64,000 bases of DNA from Octopus vulgaris (Eukaryota). The stretch's first letter is position 1. Each line of letters begins with the position of its first letter. The translations under genes were made by a program, and so were the position numbers. The stretch spans positions 69,316,001 to 69,380,000 of the forward strand of contig OX597816.1 of the NCBI GenBank assembly GCA_951406725.2, given 5' to 3'. Positions 13,350-27,869 of this stretch are shown piece after piece. The notes under the pieces were generated by a model. It saw nothing but the letters and a program-made list of their open reading frames with translations, ran no database searches and was not told the origin of the DNA.

Positions 13350-14540
13350 TATGGGTGTTGGACAAAATAATGAAAACAATTACCATCATAGCATCATAAA
13401 TTTGAAATATCTATAAAACCGTCAAAAGCTTGTTTATTTTTATGTATTTGGATTTATTATCAATTTTGCTCAATATGTTTTGCTAAAATTGCTGTTTCGT
13501 TTCAGATACCATCAGGAAAAGTAATTAAAATTCATTAAAATGACAGATCTGTCGATCTTTCAAAAGGGTGAAATTGCTGGTGCTCGTATGGCAGGTGCTA
13601 GCATAACGAAAACAGCCGAGATATTTGGAGTATCAAGAAGTACTGTCTTCAAAGTAATGACAGCCTTTAACAAAGTGGGAGAAACCTCCTCGTCGAAACA
13701 AAACTCCGGAAGAAAACCAAAAGATTCAAATAGGGACCGTTGGACTCCTACGCGAATTGTTAGAAAGGATCACAAAAGTACAACTCCCAAAATTGCTGCA
13801 GAACATAATGACCACCTCGACAATCCAGTCTCTATAAAAGCTGCACAAACTCGGAATTCACATCAGGGCTGCAATAAAAAAAACCACTACTTTCAAAAAG
13901 AAACGTTGCAAAGAGTGGAATAAAAACCTACGGAATTGGTCCCTAGAGCAGTGGATGAATGGTATTTTCTCGGACGAGTCATCCTTTATTTCCGACCACT
14001 AGCGGAGTATACGTGTGGAGATTGCCAAAGAAGCATTTGACGCAGACTGCCTTCTTCCAACTGTGAAACATGAAAGAGGATCTGTGATGATCTGGGGGCT
14101 ATGTCTTGGAAATCCATCGGTCCAATGGTTTCCCTTCATGGGAGAATTAATAGTCAAGACTATTTAAGCATTTTATCTGATCAAATTCATCCTATAGTTG
14201 CCGAACTGTTTCCGGGGGGAAATGCAATCTTTCAGGATGATAATACACCAATTCACACAGCTAAACTTGTTACTGAATGGCACGAGGAACATTCTAATGA
14301 AGATGAACTTCTTACCTGGCCACCACAGTCCCCAGATCTTAATATTATTGAAAATTTATGGCGCATTTTAGAAAAACAAGTAAGGAGTCGATATCCTCCA
14401 CCAGCACTACTACAAGAATTGGATTCTGTTTTATCTGAATAATGGACAAAAGTTCGTTTGGAAAAGATTCAAATTTTGTGCGAGCCCATACCTCGTAGAA
14501 TTCAAGCTGTAATTACTGCCAAAGACGGTCCTACAGAATA
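13350..14540 (+). mobile_element. Decayed Tc1-type DNA transposon, DD36E transposase pseudogene (13540-14540), right end lost
   Basis: N-terminal HTH-like MTDLSIFQKGEIAGARMAGASITKTAEIFGVSRSTV; catalytic motifs IFSDESSF (~13965), FQDDNTPIH and WPPQSPDLNIIEN; C-terminal GPTEY. Frameshifts and stops present. Left TIR-like gttggacaaaataatgaaaac next to (TA)n. Confidence 0.92.
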
Positions 14541-14889
14541 TATATATATACCTATATACAGAATATATCTATATCTATACCTATATATGTATTTATGGAT
14601 GTATGTATGAATATATATGTATGTGTGTATGGACTAATGTACTTTTCGGTGTTCCCTGAACAAACGCCTCATGGTAACCGCAGGTAGTAAAAAATGTAAA
14701 AATTTATCTCTAATATTTCACTCTGTTTCTATAATTTAAAAATCATATATGATAACATCATGTAATTAATAGCGGAAATTACTTTTGAAATATTCATAGA
14801 TTGTTCTATATGTTTGAGAATGAGACTGTTGTGAGATGGTTGCACGAATGTCGCGATTGCTATGAGTAGACCGGCAACATAAAACACTT

Positions 14890-15230
14890 CAACCCTTGAT
14901 GACATACAGAGAAATGTCACTCAACTGATTGGCACAATGTTACATACATTCTCCAGCCTCTCTCCTAGACGTGCTGCCACCCCACTATGTTTTTTGCCGC
15001 TCTGACAATGGTCCTTGTTCCGAGGAGACGCCTGTCACATGTTATTCTACTCAGTACCTCTGAACTTAGTATCTCTCCTGCCTTCATAATACGTATTGTT
15101 TATAACGAGAGATATTAATCTTCCCAACGAAAGTTGCGCTTTGTCTTTCATTTCCACTATGTGAAAGGTCCGGAAATCTCGCTCTCTACTGTTTCCTGCA
15201 GTCATTTTGTGATAACAGTTTAAGAAGAAC
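14890..15230 (+). mobile_element. Highly decayed LINE ORF2 C-terminal fragment
   Basis: Pieces translate as STLDDIQRNVTQLIG and FCRSDNGPCSEE, similar to LD.IQ..A..LIG and YRY.NG.CS.E of CR1/Jockey-group LINE tails. Confidence 0.45.
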
Positions 15231-15514
15231 TTTGAAGACTAATTTCACCAGCTTTGGACAAACAGCAACACCTACAGACTGTATGCCTTTCTCCAAAGTT
15301 AGCTAATAAAGGAATAATCTGATAATCCGTCAGGATATTAAGCCATTCTAAAATGCATATGGTTTTAGACCGGCGTGAACATAATCCCAAACTGCAAACA
15401 GGTACGTGCACATGCATGCACTCATACAAGCATACATATATATATATAAATATACATAGATATACATATATGTGTGTGTGTGTGTTTGTATATATATATA
15501 TATACAGTCGTCAT

Positions 15515-15700
15515 GATAGATCGTTAGCCACTACACACATTTTTTTCTCTCCTTGTTCCTCCTGTGTCCCTTTCTGTAGAAGAGCGTAGGCTCGAAACGT
15601 AAAAGACTTTTTCTATTCCTGAGCGTTATACTAATACATCTGTTTGTTTTGTACACCACCTGTCTTCGTCTTTTGTTTTTTTCGTAAACTCTCCCTATAT
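15515..15700 (+). mobile_element. Short dispersed repeat with a minimal HHR-like motif (15570-15605), copy 2
   Basis: Same sequence as 3229-3425, embedded between TA-rich microsatellites. Confidence 0.75.
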
Positions 15701-15772
15701 ATATATGTACGTGTGTGTTTCTTCTATGTGTATATGTAGGTATGTATGTATATGTGTCTGTATGCATGTATG

Positions 15773-15803
<31 letters not shown>

Positions 15804-18341
15804 GTATGTATGGATTGATAGAAGACCGGATGAATATATGATGTATGATGATAAGAGTTTAGTGTTGCTGCTTTGTTGGTCTAAGCTGGATTCCACTGCC
15901 TATCATTCAGGTTATATTTACTTTACCGACGAGCGATTTATCATCTATACCTGTGGGGTACTCACTTTCCGTCCCCGCACGCGGAAATAAACGTCACTGG
16001 ACTCAACAATGGCAACTTTTCAGGCCGCAGCTTTCGAACTGGAGTTTCTGTGATATGAAGAAATTACTGCTAGTTGCCAGACGACCAAATGAGATTGATA
16101 CACTACATTATGTTATTGAGAACATTTCTTTCTCTTTTTGTTTTGTCCATGGAACAGAAAACGTCGAGATGTAACTCTGTACTGGTACTCACTTTATTCG
16201 TATATCTCATTCACTTTTATTTCTTTATCGAAGGAAGTTAACAGAAGTCCGTTAAGTGATGAGTAGTTCCTTTCAAGTGGAAGCTCACAGAAACCTATAA
16301 GTCTCGCCCTTCTATAGTCATTAGCCACCAGTACGTGTTCAAAGAGACAGCTACGCTAAAGATTCCTGTCAACCTTAATTATATCTAACATGTTTAGTGT
16401 TCTACTTTCCAGCAGATATTCTGTTTGGTTACTTTATGTTTTCTAGATTTTTCTTTGATGCCTATATAGCATCCTACTGCATATAATTGTACAAATACTT
16501 TTCTTAATTTTCATTCCAGATTTAATATTTCCCTTAATTAATGGATTTTCGTTTACACACAAAAGTAGTGTTACATACAACATTGAAAATATATAATACT
16601 TGTTGCAGCATTATAGCTGATAACCATTGTTTGTAGTAGTTATTTATTACTTATGGAGATTTTTCTCATTTAATCCCACACACACATACACACACGCACG
16701 CACACACAGACATATACACATATACACAAATACTTATACACATATAAGTATTTGCCCCTGATATACCTACCTTTTTTGTAATAGATCAATGCATTTTGCT
16801 TTTTCCTTTAAACTTAAGTGCAATTTTTGAGTGAAAAGTATAAAAGCAAATAAACATGAGTGAATGTCAGTAGTTAAGAGGAAAGAACACCAAGAAATAA
16901 GAGCAATGTATTATTAACGTTCATAATAAGTACGATAATTGTGCGTTATCGATACATTCACTTAAACAGGGTAACGTTTTAAGTGATTTGCTATGCTAAA
17001 CTTCACCGAAGACAACCTTACACCAACACCTAATGGTCAAAAGAAATTTGCGTTAATTACACCTTACTACAATTTCTTGAAGTTGTCAAAATTAGTTAGT
17101 GTCTTCGAAACGCTTAGCCAAGTTATCGGAAGTTTTCCGTTCATAATACACCGTCTTGTCCAATATTTCTGCCACAGAGTCAGAGGTGGACAAGCATTTT
17201 TTTTACATGATCTCATATGAGTAGTCAGTTGTATTGCCTAATATTTTCAAACTTTGAGAACATTATCAACGTTGAGACTTCAACGGTGGATTAGAGCGCA
17301 TACTGAACTTAGCGCCAGTGACAGTCATGTCACGATAATAACCGTTTTTTTATGCTAGTGGAAGTACATGAAACCTCCAGTCATTACCTGATAAGTATAG
17401 TATTATCTGCTTTGCGGAATGTGATACCGCATTTTACTATTGTTACTAAAGCTGTCATACACAATTCCCTGAAAGTTCACTCAACGAAATTATAGCCATT
17501 GCCAGATAACATTAATATCTATTAATGTTAGCGTAAACCATATGCTTGGATGAAAAGTAAGAAGAGTTAGGAAAACGAATTCTGTTAAACAAGCGATATG
17601 TCGTCTGTAATAAATATACATAAATATACACATACACGCACGAACATACACACGCACGAACAGGCACACACAAACACACATACATGTAATCATTCGTGTC
17701 ACATATATATTCGTTGAAGGTATTTAATGCCAGAGCCATTTGGCGGAAAGGACTTCGGAATGGAACATATAATTACAATAAGGTAAAGGTTGTTGTATTA
17801 TAAGCAATAATGTACTTTCAATAAAATTATAGAGAATCTAAAGAATATCATATCACCCGTATTGCAAAAATGTCAATGATACTGCATCTTATTTATTGAT
17901 GTTCTGAAAATGTATAGGTCTAACATCAATGGAAGGGAAATAATGTTACAATGAAAAAACAACCAGACTCTTGAAATCCTAATGCTGTTTTTCCATAACA
18001 CAGGCTGTTATAACTTACTGAGTGAAGTGAATTGCAAACTAGACGGTAAGTCTATCAATAGCTGTTAACATCATTTCTGGATAAACAACCGTACACATAA
18101 ATACAAATGTGAACCAGAAATATTATGCTATCCTCTGGAGAAATATATCAATCGTAACAATTTTTATATAAACGATAAATATGCTGAAATTCATTTCGAG
18201 ATATTATGTCAGGAATAACTTTTTGGAATATTTGATTGGTCACAGGAATAAAAGCATCCCAGTGAGATGAAGAGGAGATAATCATAAAAAGAGGTGGAAT
18301 TAATTTCAAATTCGGCAGCTTCTGAACATAAATCACAATAG

Positions 18342-18387
<46 letters not shown>

Positions 18388-18728
18388 GAGTAATGCAAGG
18401 ATTGGTTTCTACATGGGCTATTATTAAAACGATAAAAAAATAAGGAATTCGAGGAAACAACGAAAAGTAGAAACTACTATAAGATTTAGAAACAACATGT
18501 AATCCGTAAAGTTGCTTAAGTAGTTGCACACGCATACATATACACATACACACGCATATATATATGCATGTATATATATACATTACATACATATGTACAT
18601 ATATATATATATATATTCATATATACATATATCTATATATATGCATATACTTATATATATGTATATATATGTGTATATGTACATGAATCTTTCTCTCTCT
18701 CTCCCTAAACACACACACACACACACAC

Positions 18729-18763
<35 letters not shown>

Positions 18764-19314
18764 TGTATGTATGTATGTATATTTCAGTTTTATCAACAAA
18801 CATATTCCAGTTTCATCTTTTCCATTACAAAGATTTCATATTTCCGTAGAATATCTTGTAGTTTATTTGGTTCAATACGATTCCTAGATCCAAATTCACA
18901 ATATTATCTTCGGCATATGAAATAAATTTGTTCTCTGTAACATTACTTTTATAGTGGTCGAATATTTGTAGATGGTATCACCAAATGTCTTCCAACTGTT
19001 TGTCGTTAAGACACCAAACTCGTTAATTTTTTTAAGTACAATTTTCTTGGTTTATTATACCAATATATGTGGAGTGAGTTATCAACGATAAGGAGAACAG
19101 AAGAAATCTAACAGAAAACAAACTGTTAATGAGCAGTGTAACATACAAGCGAGGTTGTAAATGTAGAAATTGCAAACCTCAACTTATATCGGAAATACAA
19201 TTACAAAATGCTCTCGTTGGCTTACTATACTTACAAAACAAGAAGGAATCTCAACAGGCTGTAACGCAAACGGCATAACACATTTTGTGCATGAGTAAAT
19301 GTGTTTTAGGCTTT

Positions 19315-19647
19315 ATTGTTTAAGTGTTTCAGTCATTGCACTGCGGGCATGCTCGAGCATCGTCTTGAAGAAGTTTTTGACGAATGAATCGAGTGCAGTA
19401 CCAATTTTTATCCTTTTTAGCCTGGTACTGATTCTGTTGCCTGTTTGCCGAACCGTTGGACACAAAGACAAAGACATAGAGATATGCGCTTCGTTGAGTT
19501 TCCGCCTACCAAATTCACTCACGAAGTTTTTGTCAGCCCGAGGCTATAATATAGAAAACATCTGTCCAATGTGCCACGCAGTGGGACTGAACCCAGAATG
19601 AAGAGGTTGAGAAGGCAGCTTCCTACAACAGAGCCACGCCTGCGCCT
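19315..19647 (-). mobile_element. SINE family A, diverged
   Basis: gtgccacgcagtgggactgaaccc...gccacgcctgcgcct is the tRNA-like head on the minus strand. Confidence 0.8.
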
Positions 19648-19656
19648 GTTTGCGTT

Positions 19657-19691
<35 letters not shown>

Positions 19692-20201
19692 TGCGCGTGT
19701 GTGTGTATGTGTGTGTACAAAAAGGTATGAGTTTGTGTGTGCATATATACGTACATGTATACAAACATGGCATAATGTGATCCGAAAAGTTCTTGGCAGT
19801 GAGTGAACAACAAGCATATATATTAACCGTATAGCTTCAACAAAACCGAAGGTAATCAATCAACAAACTATATTAATCAACGTATGTTATACACTTTCTC
19901 CCATATCTAATTTGATGGAGATATCGATAATATGACTGTAAATATACAGTTCAGTTTCAGCATCAATATTTGCTAATTGTGCAATTATAAATTCATAGTT
20001 GGATGGAAACAGAACATGGTTAAGTGACCAAAGAAATTCATTATCATTTATTTATATAGGTATGTATATGTATATTGTGTATGTTGTTCCTCCACTTATT
20101 TCTACATGCATGTTGGTCTTAGTATACACAATATATAAGGTGATTACATATATATATCACAAGATTAAATTATGGAATTTATCCAGTCCTCGTACCTATC
20201 A

Positions 20202-20258
<57 letters not shown>

Positions 20259-20484
20259 TACAGACTTAAATACGTCTTACGAGATTACGGAAAATTTCAA
20301 TGTTTTCGAATATTCTTGTGTTGTAGCTTGTTGGAGCGATTTGAACTTGATTTGAATGTTCTACGTTCTTCGTTTCGAATCCAATTCCTCAGTCTTATAA
20401 GATCGTGAAACAATATAGGGAAGGATATTATTATAATAATTTCTAAGAGTGACATTATGCTTCAAATATTCCGAGAAAGGAGAG

Positions 20485-21020
20485 TAATCGATAACTTCGA
20501 CCTCAGTATTTAACCGGTAGTTATTTTATCGACCTCGAAAGAACGAAAGGCAAAGTGCTTGGCAGCGGAATGTGAACCCAGGACAGGAAATAACGGGAGA
20601 AGTTTATGTAAGAATGTTGTGCCACTCAATAACGATACTAGCATCTCGCTGCTTTCACAGTGGCTTCAAATAGTGGTTTCTACTTTTGTACAAGGCGAGC
20701 TATTTTGAATGAGGAGCAAGTCGGTTACATCGGCAACAGTATTCTATCGACCCCCAAGATGTGAAAGGCAAAGTCGACCTCCTCGGTGGAATTTTGAACT
20801 TAGAACGTAAAGAAATACAAAATACCGCTGAGGTTTTTGCACGACGAGCTGAACGTTCTTGCAGCTGACCGCCTTACCGTGCTAAATATCGATTCCAAAT
20901 TTTGTCACGTGGTCAGCTAGTCCAAGTGAGTGATCTAATTGATTACATCGACCCTAGTACTCATCTGTTATCTATTTTTTCGACCCCGAACGGCAAAGCT
21001 GATCTCGACAGAATTTGTGC
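20485..21020 (-). mobile_element. Cluster of decayed SINE family B pieces
   Basis: Repeated tatcgacc...gaaaggcaaagtcgacctc...ggaattttgaact motifs. Confidence 0.65.
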
Positions 21021-23034
21021 CGTGTCAAATATTTATAACAAGATACTATAATAATTGTAGTCGTCTAATAGTGCACACTCTTCAACAGTTAGTTATTTTT
21101 CTTGATCGTTGACAATATATACTGCTGTTGAATTCGAACACATAATTCAATTGTTCATTACTAAGCACTGCAAGGCGTCCTTTTCTCCACCCCACCTACC
21201 GTGTCTGCCACATCACTGATCTTTATAGCAATATAAACAACTTCGATTTAATCGACTATACACTTAGTCTCTGCTCAAACTGATCACATGATGGATGAAA
21301 CGAATCGTATATTATCTAATGGACCAACATGATAAATCCAATTATAATATAATTTATAACTGTAATGTAGTTTAGCTAATTTCTGTTTATTATATTTATT
21401 CAAAAGGCTTTTATGTTTACACTCCTCTTTTAATTAGCTTCGATACAATAAATGTTATAAACGCTAAGCTATTTGCTATAAATATTGAATAACATACTGC
21501 AATGCTCCAACATACTTGATCAATATTTAATAACAAACCCCAATAAAGACTCCGCATTTTAAAAGAAAAAAATTATCAATTTATATCATTCAGTTTTAGT
21601 CTAGGAATAGTAGCCATGATGGAAAAATCAGTCGAAAGTGGGTAGCTTGTATAATATGATCGGACTAGTATAATATGATGCCCCTCGATACATTTCTTAA
21701 ATTCTCGATATGCGTATAAGCTATTATTGCGCCTGTTGTTAATGCTATCATCATATTACCCAAAGTCAGTATATTTATCAAAGTCATTCCAGCTGGGTCA
21801 ATCCCATCAGAGTTCAGAAATAATTTTCTGAGATGGAAATACGTGATTTGATAAATATTGCACTGCTGTTTCTAGCGGACTAAGAGGTTCTTTGTATGGC
21901 AATGACTTATACAGTCATAGCTGTTTTGTTGTTATTGTTTAGCCAAGGTTTATACTGAAGAAGCACATGCTTGCTAATCCTATACATTATCCATTGTGTT
22001 CTTTCTATTCTAATACGGTAGAGTAGAATTTAAAGATCTGACTACTATTTCAAACATGACCACGACTACACAAAGGCTCGTTTGTAGATGTAGCTAGAAG
22101 TTGTAGTTATTGGAGTTTAGCACCAAGACAACACTACAAAAATGTAATACAATCCCTAGCTGCTATCATACCACTTTTTCTTTATATATGCATGATTAAA
22201 TTATCCAAATCGCCCTGTTCACGAGAATGCTAGGGCGTCATTTGAGATTTCTCTGATATTTCTGAAAAATAAATCGATCACATGGAGTTACTCTCATTGG
22301 AACGTAGCTTTAAGTTATTGTTTAGCTCTAGTTCGATCTTGAACAAAATATCTATAGTCAAAATACACTACTCATGTCCCTTCCTGTGTTTTAATTTTTT
22401 CGGTGCATTTATTTTCTCTGTGTGGTTTGAGAATGATTTTGCGAATATTTCTAGCAAGCCGAATAGTCAAATTAAAGAGGTAGTATACTCGGTGTCCTAG
22501 ATCAAATTAGATTTTGCTAGAGGGAAAAGTCACCTTTGTAAGCATATTTAAGTCTTCTTTGGAACTGACCAATGTTTCGCTAACTTGAATAGTCTAGGTT
22601 GAGCACATCGCTAGATAATGAAACAGTAATTCTCCCTTGTTGTTGGTTAGGTTATTATTATGTAACTTATTTCTTGGCTGCCATCTTATTTCAGCAACAC
22701 AAGCAGAAAATAAGATCTAATACTTCGATCCTTTTGGTCTATACACAACAATGTAATGATATACAAATAGTAAAGCTGACGAAGCTGATCGGTGATTTTA
22801 TTTTCATGTGGAGTTCAATATGCTCCATAAAACAGGTTATCTATAGTGCAAGGTGCACACCATAATATTGAAAATTTCCTGACTGGTGTACGTTTTAACG
22901 ACTTGGAAAGATGAAAGGTAACTTTAACCTAAACAGGATTCGAAATTAGACTGTAAATGCTGTTATTAAACAATCGCATGAATTTTGTTCAGTTGATACA
23001 CTTTTCTGGCAATGCATCGCCCTGCAGTATTACT

Positions 23035-23261
23035 TTTGCTCTTTTACTCTTTTACTTTTTTCAGTCATTTGTCGGCGGCCATGCTGGAGCACTTGCCTTT
23101 ACTCGAGCAAATCGACTCCAGGACTTATTCTTTGTAAGCCTAGTACTTATTCTATCAGTTACTTTCGCGGAACCGCTAAGTTACGTCGATGTAAACAAAC
23201 CACCATCGGTTGTCAAGCGATGTTGTGGGGGGGGGCACACAGACACACAAACACAGACATA

Positions 23262-23329
<68 letters not shown>

Positions 23330-23482
23330 CGACGGGCTTCTTTCAGTTTCCGTCTACCAAATCCACTCACATGTTTTGTTTGGCCCGTGCCTATAGTAGA
23401 ATACACTTGCCCAAAGTACCATGCAGTGGGACTGAACCCGGAACCATGTGGTTGGTGAACAACTTACTTACTACACAGCCAC
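23035..23482 (-). mobile_element. SINE family A, near full length
   Basis: Tail, body, internal (CA)n(TA)n and tRNA-like head are all present. Confidence 0.9.
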
Positions 23483-24812
23483 TATAAGAATTATTGTTAA
23501 GATTTACTCCGCGTGATATTAATTACAGTATTTTCAATAAAAATAGTACCTTTGCAAACGATTGAACTAATAACAATCTAAAGGTGTCTTGAGATGGGAC
23601 GTGTCTTTGTGAGTCAATGAATTACAGAACTCATTATTCTGAATGATGAACCCATTAAATTCTAGAATTTAGAATATGATGACTCGGTACACTGGATTAA
23701 AAGAACAATGTTGTCCTTTTAGCGAGTGAGAACGCTGTATATTTGATTTCTTAGACAGTAATATCTACAAGACTACCAAAGAATATCCTCCATTGATTTC
23801 TTGAAAGCTAAGCCTACGATTAGGCTCACCCACTTAAAGGACTTACGCTTGAGATGAAATTCTAGCTAAGTAAAAAAAAAACGAAAGAATGAAAACACTA
23901 ACGTAATTATAATTATTGTATTGTAAACGAATTTCGATGTATTAAACTCTATCTTGGCTTGTTTTCTGCATCGAGACTAAGATTTCCCTATTAATTGCTA
24001 GCATTTGCTCATTATGTAATATTTAACTGTTTTCTGTACCGTTATTAAGCTGCTTCTTTATTCCACCTCACGTCTCTATAGCAGTTCCAGCGATCTATAT
24101 CTCGAGGGAATCAATCGAGCAAAATAGCTGTTTTAGTTGAATTTATATTTGATATAATTTTTAATGGAAGATCCATAGAAATATCAAATATTGGAAATGC
24201 ATTTATTAAAATATTCATAAACCATAATGATATGGTATTTATTTTCCAGTTAGTTATATGCATATTTGCGTTAAGCGTTCACACGCATATACATATTTAT
24301 GAAATAGTCTGTATGCACAAACATTAAGTTTATGTGTAAGTGTATGCGTACAAGCGAAGGATTATATGTCAGTCGTATGTCTCAATGCGTATGTTGTTCA
24401 TATATTCAAATTCTCTATTTCGTTTCACTTTTTTCACTTTATGTAAAATAGCATGTTAATGGTCGACATAGAAACGTTTACATAGACAGATATATATGTA
24501 CGTGTGTGAATTTGTGCATGTGCATGTGTGTGAGTGTTTATGAGTGTGTGTGTGTGATGCCTCATTTAAATCGAAATCCTTAACATGTATGTTCAGCACT
24601 ACAAATTAGAAGTATGCTGTCACCGATGAATTGTATCTCTGACCTGATTTCAATTTTTGATCGGTGCCAGGCATTTGGTGGGTTTTGATTTGTTAGAAAT
24701 AAGAGAGAGACATTCCTCTCAAAATTACTCCACTCATCTTAGGAAAGCAGTACACATTAAACATAGCCCATAGCATACAGTTCCTCCACAATTCCCTCCC
24801 GCATTGCCCACT

Positions 24813-24882
24813 GGCATATGGCGTGGAGCACGGGCTACTAACCCCAAGATTCCGAGTTCGATTCTAGCAGTGACCTGAACAT

Positions 24883-24972
<90 letters not shown>

Positions 24973-25157
24973 CAACAACAACAATATCGAAAAATACCAT
25001 AGGAACGAGAACCCAGGTTCGAAATTTCCTCAAGACACCTGATGAAGGCTGGAGGATATATCAGCCGAAACGTTGTGTTAACAACAAACAAGATGAAGAA
25101 AATATCCGTCTAATGTAAATAATGTAAATAATTCCTCATCTCTTAAATATAGAACTC
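24813..25157 (+). mobile_element. tRNA-headed SINE with internal (ACT)n(AAT)n(AAC)n tract and an HHR-containing 3' body
   Basis: B-box-like gagttcgattc at ~24852, triplet microsatellite at 24881-24983, HHR at 25034-25079. Possible 9-bp direct repeat atacagttc at 24775-24783 and 25159-25167. Confidence 0.75.
25034..25079 (+). ncRNA. Intact minimal type I hammerhead ribozyme
   Basis: Stem I gacac/gtgtt; CTGATGA plus A; stem II ggctgg/tcagcc; GAAA; palindromic stem III ACGT; GUU triplet with predicted cleavage after 25074. Confidence 0.8.
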
Positions 25158-25857
25158 TATACAGTTCATCGTGATAGTGCAGGACGTTTAATTCTGAACG
25201 TTTTTCTTCGACCATAGGCTTGTTGAATCAGGATTGACTTACGGCCACATTAGCAAATCTCGCCTGTTAGTAAATGTATCTCTTGAGTAACACCAGTATT
25301 ATTTTGGAAATGCATGAAGGTTGCAAATTCCTGTTAGCTGTCTTGTGCACACAAAGAAGATACATCTCAGGGAAGAATGTAATGAGCAAAATTTTGATCA
25401 AAGCCATATCATTTAACCCGCTCTGCTATATATTAAGCATAAAAACCTATCTTCCAAAATTGTGTAAATCTGATCCCTGGTCGAGTACAGACAATATTAA
25501 AATATGTTTGCATGCTTTATTAGTATTCTTTAAGAAAATTTCCTCTTGTTATTTCCATATTAAATACCAGAATCCATAATTGGTAAATGATTTATTATTT
25601 GTTACATTTTGACTCACTGTATCTCGCACCGGACGTCAGATTACGACTTTTATGAGCTTTGTCTCCTCTCGTTACCCATAACTTATTATCTACGTTTGTT
25701 ACACCAGGCAGATCTACAATGCCTGTGCATAAATACTACTGAAGATACATTGATGATTATTACCTAAGCTCTGACCAGCGTTATTAACAAATGAACGTAT
25801 TTGATTCCTATGAAGCAGCTAACTTTAGTTGTTACAGAATACATAGCTGCGATTGTT

Positions 25858-26247
25858 GTGGAGGCGCAATGGCCCAGTGGTTAGGGCAGCGGACTCGCGG
25901 TCATAGGATCGCGGTTTCGATTCCCAGACCGGGCGTTGTGAGTGTTTATTGAACGAAATCACCTAAAGCTCCACGAGGCTCCGGCAGGGGATGGTGGTGA
26001 TCCCTGCTGTACTCTTTCACCACAACTTTCTCTCACTCTTACTTCCAGTTTCTGTTGTACCTGTATTTCAAAGGGCCGGCCTTGTCACTCTCTGTGTCAC
26101 GCTGAATATCCCCGAGAACTACGTTAAGGGTACACGTGTCTGTGGAGTGCTCAGCCACTTACACGTTAATTTCACGAGCAGGCTGTTCCGTTGATTCGGA
26201 TCAACCGGAACGCTCGTCGTCGTAACCGACGGAGTGCTTCCAAGAAT
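25858..26247 (+). mobile_element. tRNA-derived SINE (head 1 + tail X) with 11-bp TSD
   Basis: A box tggcccagtgg, B box ggtttcgattcc; TSD ctgcgattgtt at 25847-25857 and 26248-26258. Confidence 0.9.
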
Positions 26248-26375
26248 CTGCGATTGTTACCCCGGGTTTGTCTATGATTGTAACTGAAGATATATCTACA
26301 ATTAATTTTAAACCCTCGCCTCTCGCAGAACTCCTGTCACTGTAGCACTATGATCAGTTGTTAGCAAAGTTGTAT

Positions 26376-26687
26376 CTAAGATAGTAAAAATTTGTCTCTC
26401 TTTGACTCCAAATTACTACGTTGTTTACTTCTTTATGATGACTGATTTTACCGACAAAAGAGGTTGAATTTAGTATAGTCTTGAATACATGAAGTACGTT
26501 AATGTAGTATAGTCTTGAATACATGAAGTACGTTAATGTAGTCAAATGAATTTTTTATAAAAATAAAGTAGAAAAGCATTTACGCGTTTCTTGTTGACCG
26601 AAAGGTAACTTTCAAAATTTCGCTAATATATGAAACAAAGTAACGGTAATTATCATAACATCCCTTAAAACTATAAAACAAGATAAT
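26376..26687 (+). repeat. Segment duplicated at 27742-28287, with an internal 34-bp tandem duplication
   Basis: tatagtcttgaatacatgaagtacgttaatgtag occurs twice in tandem; the whole block aligns by eye with 27742-28287. Confidence 0.85.
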
Positions 26688-27869
26688 TAGGTTAAAAATT
26701 ATTTGTAATACAAACAGTACGAGTTGAAAAAAATCTTTTCAATATTCTGTAAGTACATTATGTAAGTATAATGTATGTACATTGGGAAATGCAATTTTTC
26801 TGCGGTATTCGTCCATAGATAATACCTCTTAAGTATGTGTTGTGTTTAAAAGTAAAAAATGCATAGCAGACAGGTGAAAATTGTTCTTCGAGCGACCGTT
26901 ACAATATAAAGGGGGAAAGGTGCAACTCCAAATATAGAGTTGTTAAGGAAAAGTAGGATTCTTTGGAAATCAGTGCCATAAGAGTAAGCCTAATATGCAA
27001 GATCCAAAATATGTTTTGATTGCCTCTATGATCTACCGTAGATTACAGGGTTGAAATTGTTGTCACGATACGTTTTATCGTTGTCCACTATGTATAAAAT
27101 TTAACGAAGTTGTGAAAAAATATTTTTCTTTACAATTACAATGAACTTATCTTTAACTTCGTTTTGCGTAAATTTTAAAGTATTTTAAAGTCTTACATAT
27201 CATCTTTCAGCAAGAAGTATCGAAATACAAAAACAGTGGGAAGACGAGTTCCACAGGCATTCTATGCTACTAATACACATTCTAATTCCTAAATTCGAAT
27301 TTTTCTACCATATGCCTCAGCAATATGTTATGACTTGGTAGATCGGCGAATCTCGAAAACCATATGCCCAGCCATGGAAACTATACAACAATCTTGAAAG
27401 TATAAGAACTATCTTCATCTCAAATTGTTAATTCCTTTTCCGATGTTTATATTTCTGTCTGACGCAAAACCGGTAATGTTTAATCTACGCGACGTAATTC
27501 TGATCACGATTAACCGTAGCGTCTTCAGAGATATCTCAAGTACAGGCTTTGTTGGTAAACCTAATAAAATAGATTAAGTTATTTCGCAAACTTTATGAAT
27601 ACAAAAGTTTCATATAAAATAATTCTTTCTAATTTTAATCCCAAACCTGCAATTTGGCGGGTAGAGGCAAGTCGACTATGTCGGCTCCCATGTTCAAAGG
27701 ACTATTTATAATCACAACCGCGAATGGAGAAAAGGTAAAATCTAAGACAGTAAAAAATTGTCTCTCTTTGATTCTAATACCTAGCTTATTTACTTATTTA
27801 TGATGAGTTATTTTACCGACACAAGAGGTTGTATTTAGTATAGTTTTATATCTCTTTAATATATTAAGT

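Noticed and set aside
25858-25935. tRNA genes at SINE heads (also 36299, 38035, 61148)
   Set aside because: A and B boxes are present but they continue into SINE bodies, some with TSDs; no convincing cloverleaf.
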